IMG/VR virus record: IMGVR_UViG_3300025151_008277
Location: 32,001-96,000 of that record
Direction: 5' to 3' (one strand)
Source of the DNA: a virus
Length of the DNA: 64,000 bases
This document shows positions 29,287 to 38,921 of this stretch, in pieces (position 1 is the first letter of the stretch; the number at the start of each line of letters is the position of its first letter). Position numbers and translations under genes: made by a program. A model generated the notes under the pieces. The model was not told the origin of the DNA, made no database searches, and saw only the letters and a program-made list of their open reading frames with translations.

Positions 29287-29883
29287 ATGGATTTTGATAA
29301 TCTATACAAATCTTACTTAGCTGAATTTACTGTAGCTGATGCTGGACTCGCTGGTGATGCAGAGTTCGCGTATAATAGTGATGATACGTATGCTCCTGGG
29401 GACGTGAGAACTCCTAAAGCTTTAGGAGCTACTATTTCACGAAAAGGTAAAGTAAAGAAAAAGAAAAAGAAAAAAAAGCTTAACGAAGATACAATATACG
29501 ACTATTTACTTTTCCCTCCTGAAGGAGAAGATCAAGAAAAAATTACTACTTACATAGCTACTTTAAAATCTGATTCAGATGAAGTATACAGGGGTATGTC
29601 TTCTGCGGAATATAAAAACTTAATCAAAGATGGTAGTGTTGTATCTAGAGGCGCTGGTAATACTAGAAAGGGTATTAGCGGTAGTTATGTTTCTGACAGT
29701 ATACAACTCGCGGGTAGATTTGCTTTTGCAGAATATAAAGATAAAGGTAGAGCTTATTTGGTAGCTTTTGATAAAGATAAATTACCAGAATTAAATCCTG
29801 CTGATGAAGGTAATTATTGGACTTCAAATCTCTTTAAAGATGCTATCACCGCAGCTTATTATTTGCCAGATCTGGCTAAGTAG
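29287..29883 (+). CDS. Late protein: capsid-N-arm-like peptide + poly-Lys + putative ADP-ribosyltransferase-fold domain
   Basis: ATAAATA 5 nt upstream; YNSDDTYAPGDVRTPKAL; K8 run; VYRG...YVSDS...DEG motif order. Confidence 0.6.
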   Translation: MDFDNLYKSYLAEFTVADAGLAGDAEFAYNSDDTYAPGDVRTPKALGATISRKGKVKKKKKKKKLNEDTIYDYLLFPPEGEDQEKITTYIATLKSDSDEVYRGMSSAEYKNLIKDGSVVSRGAGNTRKGISGSYVSDSIQLAGRFAFAEYKDKGRAYLVAFDKDKLPELNPADEGNYWTSNLFKDAITAAYYLPDLAK

Positions 29884-29896
29884 TATATATTAGTAC

Positions 29897-30427
29897 ATGC
29901 CTAGTAGAGCTAAAGCAAAAGGTAACGCATGGGAAAGAGACGTTGCTAAACATCTAAGTGAAGTTTTTAATGAGAACTTTATGCGTGTACCTAATTCTGG
30001 TGCATATACCGGAGGAGCTAATGTATTTCGTGTAGATAACTTAACCGAAACTCAAAAAAGAATGATGGACGGTGATATTATTGTACCAGAATCTATCAGT
30101 AATTGGAAAATTGAGTGTAAAAACTATAAAGATCTTGATTTTCATGGTTTTTTTACCAAATCCCGCCAGTTAGATGAGTGGATTAAACAAGCTGAGAGTG
30201 GCACAAAGTGGTTTTTAGTTGTAAAAATTTCTAGAAAATGTAGATTTGTTTGTTTCTCAGAATATTACCGTAGAATTTTTCATTATTTAAATTATACTTA
30301 CTATAAGAAATATATCTTAACTGATTATACTGATTTTTTCGAAAATAATTTTTGGAAAATGCGTGAGTTAAATGAAGAAACTATACAACACATTTGTATT
30401 ACCGAAAAGTCGGTACAAACTAGTTGA
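29897..30427 (+). CDS. Holliday junction resolvase (Hjc-like PD-(D/E)xK nuclease)
   Basis: KAKGNAWERDVA, RVPNSGA, GDI, IECKN, W-x-x-QA. Confidence 0.88.
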   Translation: MPSRAKAKGNAWERDVAKHLSEVFNENFMRVPNSGAYTGGANVFRVDNLTETQKRMMDGDIIVPESISNWKIECKNYKDLDFHGFFTKSRQLDEWIKQAESGTKWFLVVKISRKCRFVCFSEYYRRIFHYLNYTYYKKYILTDYTDFFENNFWKMRELNEETIQHICITEKSVQTS

Positions 30428-30890
30428 CTTGAATGATGTCTTTGTTAATTCTAACATAGAGCATGTAAAAAATATCTTTGAAAATCAGCTCACAAATAAA
30501 CCTATCATAAGAAAATACTTCTATCATACATATATTTTTAATATATGTAAATCTGTAATTGATAACAATAAAAAGCATGTTCCAGTATTAATTTTTAATA
30601 CAGAAGATGAGAGTTTATCTAATGATGAATCAAAAATTTTTGATAAGTTTTTAAGAATGTTCCCTGTTATTAATATTAAAACTAAAATTAGTTTTAATTA
30701 CTTTATAAAATCATTATCTGACGCTGGAATGAGAGAAGAGATATCTAACGTAATATATTGTAGTCAAGATAAAATATCGCGTAAGCGTTTTTACTTCTCA
30801 AAGATAGAAAACTTTTGTAAGAGATACGAATTAACGTTTTTAGACAAAAAATTCTTTGGGGACATAAAAAATAAAATGCTTATGATATAA
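30372..30890 (+). CDS. Hypothetical protein
   Basis: 172 aa ORF. Confidence 0.6.
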   Translation: MKKLYNTFVLPKSRYKLVDLNDVFVNSNIEHVKNIFENQLTNKPIIRKYFYHTYIFNICKSVIDNNKKHVPVLIFNTEDESLSNDESKIFDKFLRMFPVINIKTKISFNYFIKSLSDAGMREEISNVIYCSQDKISRKRFYFSKIENFCKRYELTFLDKKFFGDIKNKMLMI

Positions 30891-30899
30891 ATAATTATA

Positions 30900-31340
30900 A
30901 TGAGCAAGTTCCTATCTGTTATTGAAAATTTAGCGTCTAAGAAAAAGTTAGCTTTACCTCCTGAAGATGAAGCTCTCAAGGATATCGACCGTAAAAAGAA
31001 GAACAAGGAAATTCTTTCTCCTCAAGAAAAGGAATTAGATAGGCTTAATAGTTTAGTTTTAAAGAAAGCTAAAGACAGGCTCAAAAAACAATTAGCTACT
31101 GAGGAAGAAGATCAAGTAGCTCAAGAACCCTCTACCGAACCAGAAACAGCTACCCAGGTATTATCCCCTGAAGGAGAAGTGTTTTATGTTGATCAAATAA
31201 AGAAGGCCTTATTTGTAGACTTAGATAACGTTGAGTTAACTTCTTCAGAAAAAGAGGCTATAACTCACGACGTTACACCCGAAAACGCAAAAAAAGTCGC
31301 TGAAGTACTACAAAAGATCATCAGCGACTTTGGTTTGTGA
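30900..31340 (+). CDS. Hypothetical late protein
   Basis: TATAAATA at 30886-30893, 6 nt upstream of the ATG. Confidence 0.7.
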   Translation: MSKFLSVIENLASKKKLALPPEDEALKDIDRKKKNKEILSPQEKELDRLNSLVLKKAKDRLKKQLATEEEDQVAQEPSTEPETATQVLSPEGEVFYVDQIKKALFVDLDNVELTSSEKEAITHDVTPENAKKVAEVLQKIISDFGL

Positions 31341-31349
31341 GCTTAAATT

Positions 31350-32384
31350 TTATCTCAATCCAGTAGATTCAAATACGTCTCTTGCTACCCCAGCGGTAAA
31401 GCCTCCTGGTACACCTTTAACTATAACTGACACTGCATTATGACTATGTAGGCTCTCGTTATGAGATGCTACAATCTTAAAGTCTGTAATGCGGGATTCA
31501 TTAGTTAGTTTATCATATAACAATCTTACTGCATCTTCTACGAATTTAAGATAAGCACCATTCTTTTCTGCGAATGCTTGCTCATCTTCTCTCTTTACCA
31601 TTACTTGAGTTTCAGTTTGTAGAGCCTCTAAACATAATTCTTGAAGATCTTCTACCCATAGCATTTCATCGAACTTAACACTAACACGGGCCACGCTTCG
31701 TTGACTATGAGGAACAGTTGCTCTATTTCTGTATTTCTCTGCATGTTCACTTAACTCAAAACTGCAAGGACATGCTGAGGAATAAACAAAATCAAAGTGA
31801 ATATATTTTTTGAACTCACCGTCTTTAGTTAAGTCACCTTCAAATACCACATCGTAGTATTGATAACCTTCTAAACCACTTCGTAAACTTTTTTGTTTAA
31901 TAGGATAAGATATTTTCAACATAATACGAGAGTCAAAACTCTTAAGATTATTTTTATATGTTTCTAAAACATCTTTAATTTTACTGATACTGAATACCTC
32001 GTCTTTATGATCATAAAAACTTCTCATAATTCGAGACATATTAATACCTTTTTTATGAGCCTCTAAACTTACACTACCAGTAACACTAGTTTCGAGCTCG
32101 ATAGTATCTCCGTTTCTCTTTTTATAATTTAGAGGTAATTTAAAATTATGTATTCCTACTTGTTGAATAGGTACTGCAGCTCCTTGAATTAAGCTTGATG
32201 GACCGTTTTGTAGATCTGGTAAAGAAGAAATATATTTTTTATCAGCTTTTACCGAATTATCATATACACGAATAGGAGGGAAATAGCTCTTACTGTATTC
32301 ATCTCCCATTATTTCTTTAGCGATGATGTCCTTCTCTCCAGTCAGCTCGTCATCTTCGCCCAGCCATTCATAATTTTTATCCAT
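31350..32384 (-). CDS. folE2: GTP cyclohydrolase IB
   Basis: [46 protein letters not shown]. Confidence 0.96.
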   Translation of the reverse strand: MDKNYEWLGEDDELTGEKDIIAKEIMGDEYSKSYFPPIRVYDNSVKADKKYISSLPDLQNGPSSLIQGAAVPIQQVGIHNFKLPLNYKKRNGDTIELETSVTGSVSLEAHKKGINMSRIMRSFYDHKDEVFSISKIKDVLETYKNNLKSFDSRIMLKISYPIKQKSLRSGLEGYQYYDVVFEGDLTKDGEFKKYIHFDFVYSSACPCSFELSEHAEKYRNRATVPHSQRSVARVSVKFDEMLWVEDLQELCLEALQTETQVMVKREDEQAFAEKNGAYLKFVEDAVRLLYDKLTNESRITDFKIVASHNESLHSHNAVSVIVKGVPGGFTAGVARDVFESTGLR

Positions 32385-32390
32385 GGCTTT

Positions 32391-32449
32391 ATTATATAGT
32401 GTTTCCTTTTAATTTCAAGCCTTGATTTTAGTTCGGATAATATTATAAT
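32391..32449. promoter_or_regulatory. Back-to-back sigma70-like promoters for folE2 and queD
   Basis: Minus strand TTGAAA-N16-TATAAT-N6-ATG; plus strand TTGATT-N16-TATAAT-N6-ATG. Confidence 0.7.
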
Positions 32450-32455
32450 CTTTTT

Positions 32456-32896
32456 ATGAGCGATTTTGAGAGTACAAAAATTATTGAACTTGGAAGCTGT
32501 GCTTTTCGTCAACCTAACGCTACTAGTCATTGTAAATATCTTCATGGATATAGATTAGTTGCTAAGTTCTGGTTTGGATGTAAAGAGTTAGATGACAAGA
32601 ATTGGGTTGTTGATTTTGGTGGTTTAAAACAATTAAAACAAAACCTTGAACGTCAATTTGATCATACTACAATTATATCTTCTTCTGATCGATTTTTAGA
32701 TTCTTTTAAAAAATTAAATGAAGCAGGAGCGATTGATTTACGTATTATGGATGGAGTTGGTATTGAAAAATTTGCTGAATACTGTCTCAAAACCGCGCAG
32801 AACTTTATCGACGATATGACTGACGGTAGATGTTGGGTTAATCAAGTTGAAGTATTTGAACACGAAAAGAATAGCGCGATCTGCAAGAAAGGTTAA
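32456..32896 (+). CDS. queD: 6-carboxy-5,6,7,8-tetrahydropterin synthase
   Basis: HCKYLHGY, WVVDFG, FDH, VFEHEKNSA. Confidence 0.93.
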   Translation: MSDFESTKIIELGSCAFRQPNATSHCKYLHGYRLVAKFWFGCKELDDKNWVVDFGGLKQLKQNLERQFDHTTIISSSDRFLDSFKKLNEAGAIDLRIMDGVGIEKFAEYCLKTAQNFIDDMTDGRCWVNQVEVFEHEKNSAICKKG

Positions 32897-32898
32897 CT

Positions 32899-33075
32899 AT
32901 GGGAAAGGGAAGTAAAGCTAGACCGTATACTGATAAAAAGGATTTTTATTCTAATTGGGATAATATTGATTGGGATAATAAGAGAGAGGAAGTATCTGCA
33001 GAAGCACCGTCTCCTGATAAAATAAATAAGTTGCCATTTGGTAATGATATTGAATACTATGAAGATAGAAATTAA
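32899..33075 (+). CDS. Small hypothetical protein (58 aa, not in ORF track)
   Basis: MGKGSKARP...FYSNWDNIDW; exactly fills the queD-queE gap. Confidence 0.65.
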   Translation: MGKGSKARPYTDKKDFYSNWDNIDWDNKREEVSAEAPSPDKINKLPFGNDIEYYEDRN

Positions 33076-33076
33076 T

Positions 33077-33835
33077 ATGACCGACGAAGATTATAGCACA
33101 AAAGAGTTAATACTATCAGACGATAAGATTTTTTATACGATTGAAGGTGAAGGGGAATTTGTAGGTCAGCCTTCTGTGTTTATGCGATTATCTATGTGTA
33201 ATCTAACATGCATTGGATTTGCGTCACCTAATTCTCCGCATGGATGTGATAGTTATGTTTCTTGGAGCGTTAAGAATAAAATGCAATTTAAAGATATTTT
33301 ATCTTTCCTTGAAACTAGTGGCTATAAAGATCACTTACTTAATGGAGCTATTCTTAAGATTACTGGCGGTGAACCTCTAATACAACAAAAGAAATTATTA
33401 GAGCTTATTGATTATATTAATATTGAATGGGGCTGGCTACCTCGTATAGATTTTGAAACTAATGCTACACTTATGCCTGATCCTCGATGGATTCAAAAAT
33501 ATATTGGAGCAACGTTTACTACATCACCTAAGCTTACTTCTAATGGAGACCCTAGAAATAAAAGGTATATTCCTGAAGTACTTGAATGGCACTCTACTTA
33601 TGGTTCAGGTTTTAAGTTTGTAGTCAAAGATGAATCCGATATGGATGAAATTATTAATGACTACGTTGATAAGTTTGATATTCCTGCATCCAGAGTATGG
33701 TTGATGCCATGCTGTGGTAGTAGAGAAGAGCATTCTCGTGTTTGTAGTACGGTTGCAGAGCTTGCTAAGAAGCATTATTTTAACTTTAGTCCTAGATTAC
33801 AATTAGTTATATGGGATAAAGCGTTGAAAGTTTAA
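33077..33835 (+). CDS. queE: 7-carboxy-7-deazaguanine synthase (radical SAM)
   Basis: FYTIEGEG, CNLTC-x10-CD, TGGEP, ETN, SPKL, FKFV, SPRLQ. Confidence 0.95.
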   Translation: MTDEDYSTKELILSDDKIFYTIEGEGEFVGQPSVFMRLSMCNLTCIGFASPNSPHGCDSYVSWSVKNKMQFKDILSFLETSGYKDHLLNGAILKITGGEPLIQQKKLLELIDYINIEWGWLPRIDFETNATLMPDPRWIQKYIGATFTTSPKLTSNGDPRNKRYIPEVLEWHSTYGSGFKFVVKDESDMDEIINDYVDKFDIPASRVWLMPCCGSREEHSRVCSTVAELAKKHYFNFSPRLQLVIWDKALKV

Positions 33836-33856
33836 TTATTTAAGTAAATATAACTA

Positions 33857-34537
33857 ATGAGAATTGCAATCAGCGGCACTGCATGTCAAGGTAAAAGTAC
33901 TTTAATTAAAGACTTTAAAGAAAGGTGGCCGAGTTATAAATCTCCTGATAAAACTTATAGAGATATTATAACTGAACAAAATTTAGAACATTCATCTACT
34001 ACTAATAAGGAGACTCAGATGGCTATTCTTAATTTTATGATTGATGAGCTTCAAAAAACATCTAAAGGAGATAAAGTTATCTTCGATAGATGTCCTCTTG
34101 ATAATATTGTCTATAGTATTTGGGCTGAGGCTAAAAAGGAGTCAGATATTGATGATGCTTTTATTAAAAAGTGTATGACGTTAGTCAGCGAATCTTTAAG
34201 ATTTATTGATATGATTTTATTCGTACCTATAACTAAGGTTGCTCCAGTAGAAATAGAAGAAGATAATTTAAGAGATACAAACGAAGATTATATTGAAGAA
34301 ATAGATAATATTTTCAAAGCAGTTCATAGAGATTATATGAATAATCCTCGTTCTTCTTTTTTCGTAGAAGATGATAGACCCGCTATTATTGAAATTTTCG
34401 GCAGCAGGAAAGAGCGCATAGAATTAATTAAATTATATCTCGATAATGACGGGGATTTCATTGAACCTGGTAATATTATTACCGAAGAAGAATTGAGAGA
34501 AATGGAAAAACTCAAAAAAGCGTTCGGGGTTGACTAA
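33857..34537 (+). CDS. P-loop nucleoside/nucleotide kinase-like ATPase (NadR/AAA_28 type)
   Basis: ISGTACQGKST, FDRCPLD. Confidence 0.8.
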   Translation: MRIAISGTACQGKSTLIKDFKERWPSYKSPDKTYRDIITEQNLEHSSTTNKETQMAILNFMIDELQKTSKGDKVIFDRCPLDNIVYSIWAEAKKESDIDDAFIKKCMTLVSESLRFIDMILFVPITKVAPVEIEEDNLRDTNEDYIEEIDNIFKAVHRDYMNNPRSSFFVEDDRPAIIEIFGSRKERIELIKLYLDNDGDFIEPGNIITEEELREMEKLKKAFGVD

Positions 34538-34545
34538 ATAATTTA

Positions 34546-34734
34546 ATGAACTATGACGAGCTATGCGAAGGGTATCTTACCGTTAAGACCCGAATGTTTT
34601 ATCCACGTAATCTAGAACTGTCTAAAGAGTTTGTAGAAGCTTTTAAGCGTGAGTACGCTAGACTTTCTGAATCAGGTGAAAATAAGAAAAACTTACACTC
34701 TAGAATGAGTAAAGCTTTACGTTTTCATCTTTAA
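34546..34734 (+). CDS. Small hypothetical late protein
   Basis: CTAAATA 5 nt upstream. Confidence 0.6.
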   Translation: MNYDELCEGYLTVKTRMFYPRNLELSKEFVEAFKREYARLSESGENKKNLHSRMSKALRFHL

Positions 34735-35466
34735 TTCATCTAATCTACCAACGATATACTTCAAAATTTCACTACGTACTACTTCAGTCGCAGTAAATTC
34801 GTAGGTATATATCCCTTGACATTCAGACATATAGTCACTGAATAAGTTATATATATCCATAAAACCAGATCTATTACCGATATCGGATTGTCTTGCATCT
34901 CCTACAATAAAATACTTACAATTAGTACCAATTCTAGTTAAAATAGTAATAATTTCTGGTAGAGTTAAGTTTTGAGCTTCATCTACAATAACACAACTAT
35001 TACGAAAAGTAGCACCTCTAACAAAATTAACTGGAATACCTCTTACAATATCTTCAGAAATTAAATTTTTAGCAGATGTTTCAGTTAGTAATTCCTGAAG
35101 CTTATCAAATAAAGGATACATCCAAGGTAAGAACTTTTCATCAGCTTCTCCGGGAAGAGAACCTAGACTCCTAGAAGAAGATTCTACAATGCTTCTAACA
35201 TATACTATCTCATCTACGTAATTACTTTTTAAACATTGCAATGCTGCTAGTACAGATATATATGTTTTTGCTGATCCAGCTGGACCGTCAATCATTGATA
35301 TTTTAGTCTTTTTATTTAAAGCTAACTCAATAAACGATTTATGAATATCTGTAAGTTCAAATTCTTGGTTAATTTCAAAATTGGTGAAGTAATTTTTTTG
35401 AATCCTCTCTTCAATATCCTTTGAAGCCTTACTGGGCTTCTTAGATTCCCGTTTTTGTCTAGGCAT
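34717..35466 (-). CDS. phoH: PhoH-family ATPase
   Basis: GPAGSAKT, LGSLPG, RGATF, VDEAQN, TRIG, GD-x-x-QSD, VRS. Confidence 0.95.
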   Translation of the reverse strand: MPRQKRESKKPSKASKDIEERIQKNYFTNFEINQEFELTDIHKSFIELALNKKTKISMIDGPAGSAKTYISVLAALQCLKSNYVDEIVYVRSIVESSSRSLGSLPGEADEKFLPWMYPLFDKLQELLTETSAKNLISEDIVRGIPVNFVRGATFRNSCVIVDEAQNLTLPEIITILTRIGTNCKYFIVGDARQSDIGNRSGFMDIYNLFSDYMSECQGIYTYEFTATEVVRSEILKYIVGRLDELKMKT

Positions 35467-35515
35467 ATCGTATAATTATTTATTGACTTTTCTCTATTAT
35501 CGATATAATAATAGC

Positions 35516-36166
35516 ATGGAAGTTAACTTAGTTTCAATTACTAAACCAGAAATTAAATTTGATACTGAAGGAACGGCTGAAGATTTAATCGCTTACTGTG
35601 CTCGAGTCTCTAATCCCACTAATCAACACAATACAGCAACTGCACCTAAGCTTTTAGGTTACCTTATTAAACATAAACATTGGTCTCCTTTTGAGATGGT
35701 TGATATGTGTCTAGAAATTAAAACCTCTAGAGCAATTGCAGCTCAAATTTTACGACATCGTTCTTTTTCTTTTCAAGAGTTTAGTCAGAGATATAGCAAC
35801 GCTACAAATTTAGAAGATATTACTTGGCGTCTACAAGGTAAAACTAATAGACAAGTCGGTGAAGAGACATATTATTTGGATGATGTAAACCAAGATATTA
35901 TTGATCAACATCTCAAACTATCTACTACGTTATATAATGATTTAATTGATAAAGGAGTAGCAAAAGAGTGTGCTCGTATGATTTTACCTTTGTGTACTGA
36001 GACTACTATGTATATGAAAGGATCAATTAGATCTTGGGTACATTATATTGATTTAAGATCTAAAGAAGACACCCAACAAGAACATAGAGATATTGCATTG
36101 AAATGTAGAGATATTTTTGTAAATAATTTTCCTAATACTTCTAAAGCATTAACATGGACTCAGTAG
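35516..36166 (+). CDS. thyX: Flavin-dependent thymidylate synthase
   Basis: CARVSNP, HWSPFE, QILRHRSFSFQEFSQRY, KECARMILP, TQQEH. Confidence 0.97.
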   Translation: MEVNLVSITKPEIKFDTEGTAEDLIAYCARVSNPTNQHNTATAPKLLGYLIKHKHWSPFEMVDMCLEIKTSRAIAAQILRHRSFSFQEFSQRYSNATNLEDITWRLQGKTNRQVGEETYYLDDVNQDIIDQHLKLSTTLYNDLIDKGVAKECARMILPLCTETTMYMKGSIRSWVHYIDLRSKEDTQQEHRDIALKCRDIFVNNFPNTSKALTWTQ

Positions 36167-36909
36167 GTGTAATAATTCTCACAAAAGATAACTTTGATGT
36201 AATTAAAAGATGCTTAGATTCTTTTGTAGAAAAAAATACCTATGATAATATTAATTTTTATATTGGGGATACCGGGTCAAGCCAGAATAATTTAGATAAA
36301 TTATACGAATATGTTAAAGAGTTTAAATATACTACTAGAGTTATAAAATTTAATTATTATAATTTTGCAAAAAATAATAATTGGATAGTCAACAACTTAA
36401 TAAAAGAGCGTTTCATTTTATTCTGTAATGATGATATTGAACTTATTAACGACTCATTAACTAATTTAGTTAATAACTGGTCTGAAGATTTGGGAACCGT
36501 GGGCTGTAAGTTACTCTTTTCTAATAATCTTATACAGCACGCTGGCCAAATACACGTTATGTCAGGCTCTGACCCTATTGGTGCTACTCACAAGTTATAT
36601 AACGAAAAAGATAGAAAGTTAGATATAGAATATAATGCTGGCAATACTTTTGCATTTTGCTTAACAACTAAAAAAGTATTTGATACGGTTAATGGCTTAA
36701 ATACAAACTTTAAAACATGTTTTGAAGATGTAGCTTTTAATATATCTTGCTCTCAGGTAGACTTAAAGCATAAATTTGTCGGAACTACCTCGTGTTACCA
36801 TCATGAAAGTGTTTCTCGTAAGAAAAGTAAAAATGATTATATAGCAGAAAATGATTCTCTTTTATTAATGTCGTTAATGAGAAAATTTTATAAAAATAAA
36901 ACAAAGTAA
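36154..36909 (+). CDS. GT2 glycosyltransferase
   Basis: IGDTGS, NFAKNNN, FCNDDIE, VGCKL, IQHAG, FEDV, HHESVSR. Confidence 0.9.
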   Translation: MDSVGVIILTKDNFDVIKRCLDSFVEKNTYDNINFYIGDTGSSQNNLDKLYEYVKEFKYTTRVIKFNYYNFAKNNNWIVNNLIKERFILFCNDDIELINDSLTNLVNNWSEDLGTVGCKLLFSNNLIQHAGQIHVMSGSDPIGATHKLYNEKDRKLDIEYNAGNTFAFCLTTKKVFDTVNGLNTNFKTCFEDVAFNISCSQVDLKHKFVGTTSCYHHESVSRKKSKNDYIAENDSLLLMSLMRKFYKNKTK

Positions 36910-36910
36910 T

Positions 36911-38227
36911 ATGAAAACTTTAAACAATTTATTTGATCAAAACACTAAACCTTACCTGCTTATTGGCAAAGGCCCGTCGTTTAATATAATTGATAAAATT
37001 TTATTAAACAAGTACTTCACAATAGCATTAAATCATGCAGTAGAAAACACACAATGTGATGCTGTCTCTATTATTGATATAGATGTTGTTAGAGATTGCC
37101 CTGAAGCAATATACCGCAATGCTAAAACTCTTATAATACCGTGGCATCCTCATGATAAAAATAATAATTTTCAACCGTGTAGTAAAACTATCGTAGATTA
37201 TTGTAAGGAAATAAAGGTTTTAGGAGATATGCTTGCTGAGGGTAGAATACACTCCTATAATGCTAGTAGCGCAAAAGCTTTTAACTTTGAAGACAATAAA
37301 GAACTACCTAACTATAATGTTTTTATTAATAACGGAGACAGTATATTCACTATGCTAGTAGCTAACAATAATAAAAAAATATATTCTATTGGTATTGACG
37401 GTGGTACAACATATAGTAGTTCGTTTTCTAATTATAAGCCTGGTGGTAATGGTCGAAGCTTTGAAGAGAGTTTAGCGGTCATTAAGAAGGTAGAAGAACA
37501 AAGTAATGCTGAACTTATTAGATTAGGGGAATTAGAAGAAATAAAAGTATTTGTAGGTTGTTCTGAAGCAGAGCTCGTACCTACTAAAGTATTAGAATAT
37601 TCAATAAAGAAAAACACTAATAATCCTGCATCTATTATTCCGTTATTTCAATGTGATACTAAACATAGAGTGCCTCAGAACCCTCAATGTCGACCTAGAA
37701 CTCCGTTCTCTTTTCAAAGATTTTTTATACCTTCTCTGACTAGCGGTAAAGCATTTTATTTTGACTCTGATATGCTGGTCTTTAAAGATATGGCAGAGTT
37801 ACTCTCTTATGATTTTGAAGGGTATGACGCCTTGTCTTGTAAAGACATGAATATATACGGTCATTGGAAAGGTTCTGAGTATGCAGTATTAATGCTCGAT
37901 TGTGATAATATTAAATGGGATATCAACTCTATTATTGATGATTTAGATTCTGGTAAACTTACATACGAAAAATTAATGTTTGATTTTGCCATGGCTAAAG
38001 TAAATCCGGTTTTTGATCCATCGTGGAATAGTCTTGATACATACGAGGAAAATAAAACAGCAAATCTTCACTATACTAATATGAACACGCAACCATGGCG
38101 ACATAATGGTAGTCCGTATATGAATTTGTGGTTCAAATATTTAAAAGAAGCAGTAGATAATAATATTTTATCTAAAGAGTTAGTAGTAAGTCATGGCCAA
38201 AAAGGTCATATAAGAAAATTTAAATAA
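36911..38227 (+). CDS. Two-domain glycosyltransferase (Maf/sialyltransferase-like N-domain + GT8-like C-domain)
   Basis: N-domain LLIGKGPS, TIALNHA, SIGID; C-domain TPFSFQRF, YFDSDMLV, WNSLD, LHYT-x-M-x-TQPW. Confidence 0.75.
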   Translation: MKTLNNLFDQNTKPYLLIGKGPSFNIIDKILLNKYFTIALNHAVENTQCDAVSIIDIDVVRDCPEAIYRNAKTLIIPWHPHDKNNNFQPCSKTIVDYCKEIKVLGDMLAEGRIHSYNASSAKAFNFEDNKELPNYNVFINNGDSIFTMLVANNNKKIYSIGIDGGTTYSSSFSNYKPGGNGRSFEESLAVIKKVEEQSNAELIRLGELEEIKVFVGCSEAELVPTKVLEYSIKKNTNNPASIIPLFQCDTKHRVPQNPQCRPRTPFSFQRFFIPSLTSGKAFYFDSDMLVFKDMAELLSYDFEGYDALSCKDMNIYGHWKGSEYAVLMLDCDNIKWDINSIIDDLDSGKLTYEKLMFDFAMAKVNPVFDPSWNSLDTYEENKTANLHYTNMNTQPWRHNGSPYMNLWFKYLKEAVDNNILSKELVVSHGQKGHIRKFK

Positions 38228-38228
38228 T

Positions 38229-38921
38229 ATGATAGGTATCAATTTAAGTAAGAAAATATTAAACGAAGTTAATAACTTATTACCATGGCATACCAAAACT
38301 AATATTTCTAGAGATATAATTTTAGGCAAATCTCAAAATTCTAATAAAAGAAATTATATTGAGAAAATACCTGATGATAGAATTACTAATTTAGATAGCT
38401 TAATTAATTTATCTGATAAAACAGTACTTGAGATGGGTTGTCTTGAAGGTTCTCATACCTTAGGTTTACTGCAATATGCGAAAGAAGTTGTTTCTATTGA
38501 TTGTAGACCGGTTAACGTTATTAAAACTTTAACTCGTTTGAGCTTTCATGGTAAAACTTCCCGAGTTTTTTGTTTTAACGCAGATGACTTATCAGTAGAT
38601 AATTATGGTTTTTATGATGTTATATTTCACTGCGGTGTTTTGTATCACCTTAAAGATCCTATATCTCATTTAAATAATATTTTTAAAATGTGTAACTATA
38701 TATTTTTAGATACACACGTTACAGAAGGTTCTAATAAAATAGTACCTGAAAATAATTGGAAAGCTCCGTTTGCTGGTAAAGATGATACTGCTTTGTGGTT
38801 AAATGTGGATGAGCTAGAAAAAATTTGTACTGATAATAGTTTTACTGTTAATAAACTTGAAAGAAGAGATGAGCGTAATGGTCTTAGAATATCTTGGTTA
38901 CTAGAAAAAAATGAAAAATAA
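38229..38921 (+). CDS. Class I SAM-dependent methyltransferase
   Basis: VLEMGCLEG, YDVIFHCGVLYHL. Confidence 0.88.
   Translation: MIGINLSKKILNEVNNLLPWHTKTNISRDIILGKSQNSNKRNYIEKIPDDRITNLDSLINLSDKTVLEMGCLEGSHTLGLLQYAKEVVSIDCRPVNVIKTLTRLSFHGKTSRVFCFNADDLSVDNYGFYDVIFHCGVLYHLKDPISHLNNIFKMCNYIFLDTHVTEGSNKIVPENNWKAPFAGKDDTALWLNVDELEKICTDNSFTVNKLERRDERNGLRISWLLEKNEK

Noticed and set aside
32342-32545. Minus-strand 67 aa ORF spanning the folE2/queD junction
   Set aside because: Crosses the divergent promoters and overlaps queD antisense.
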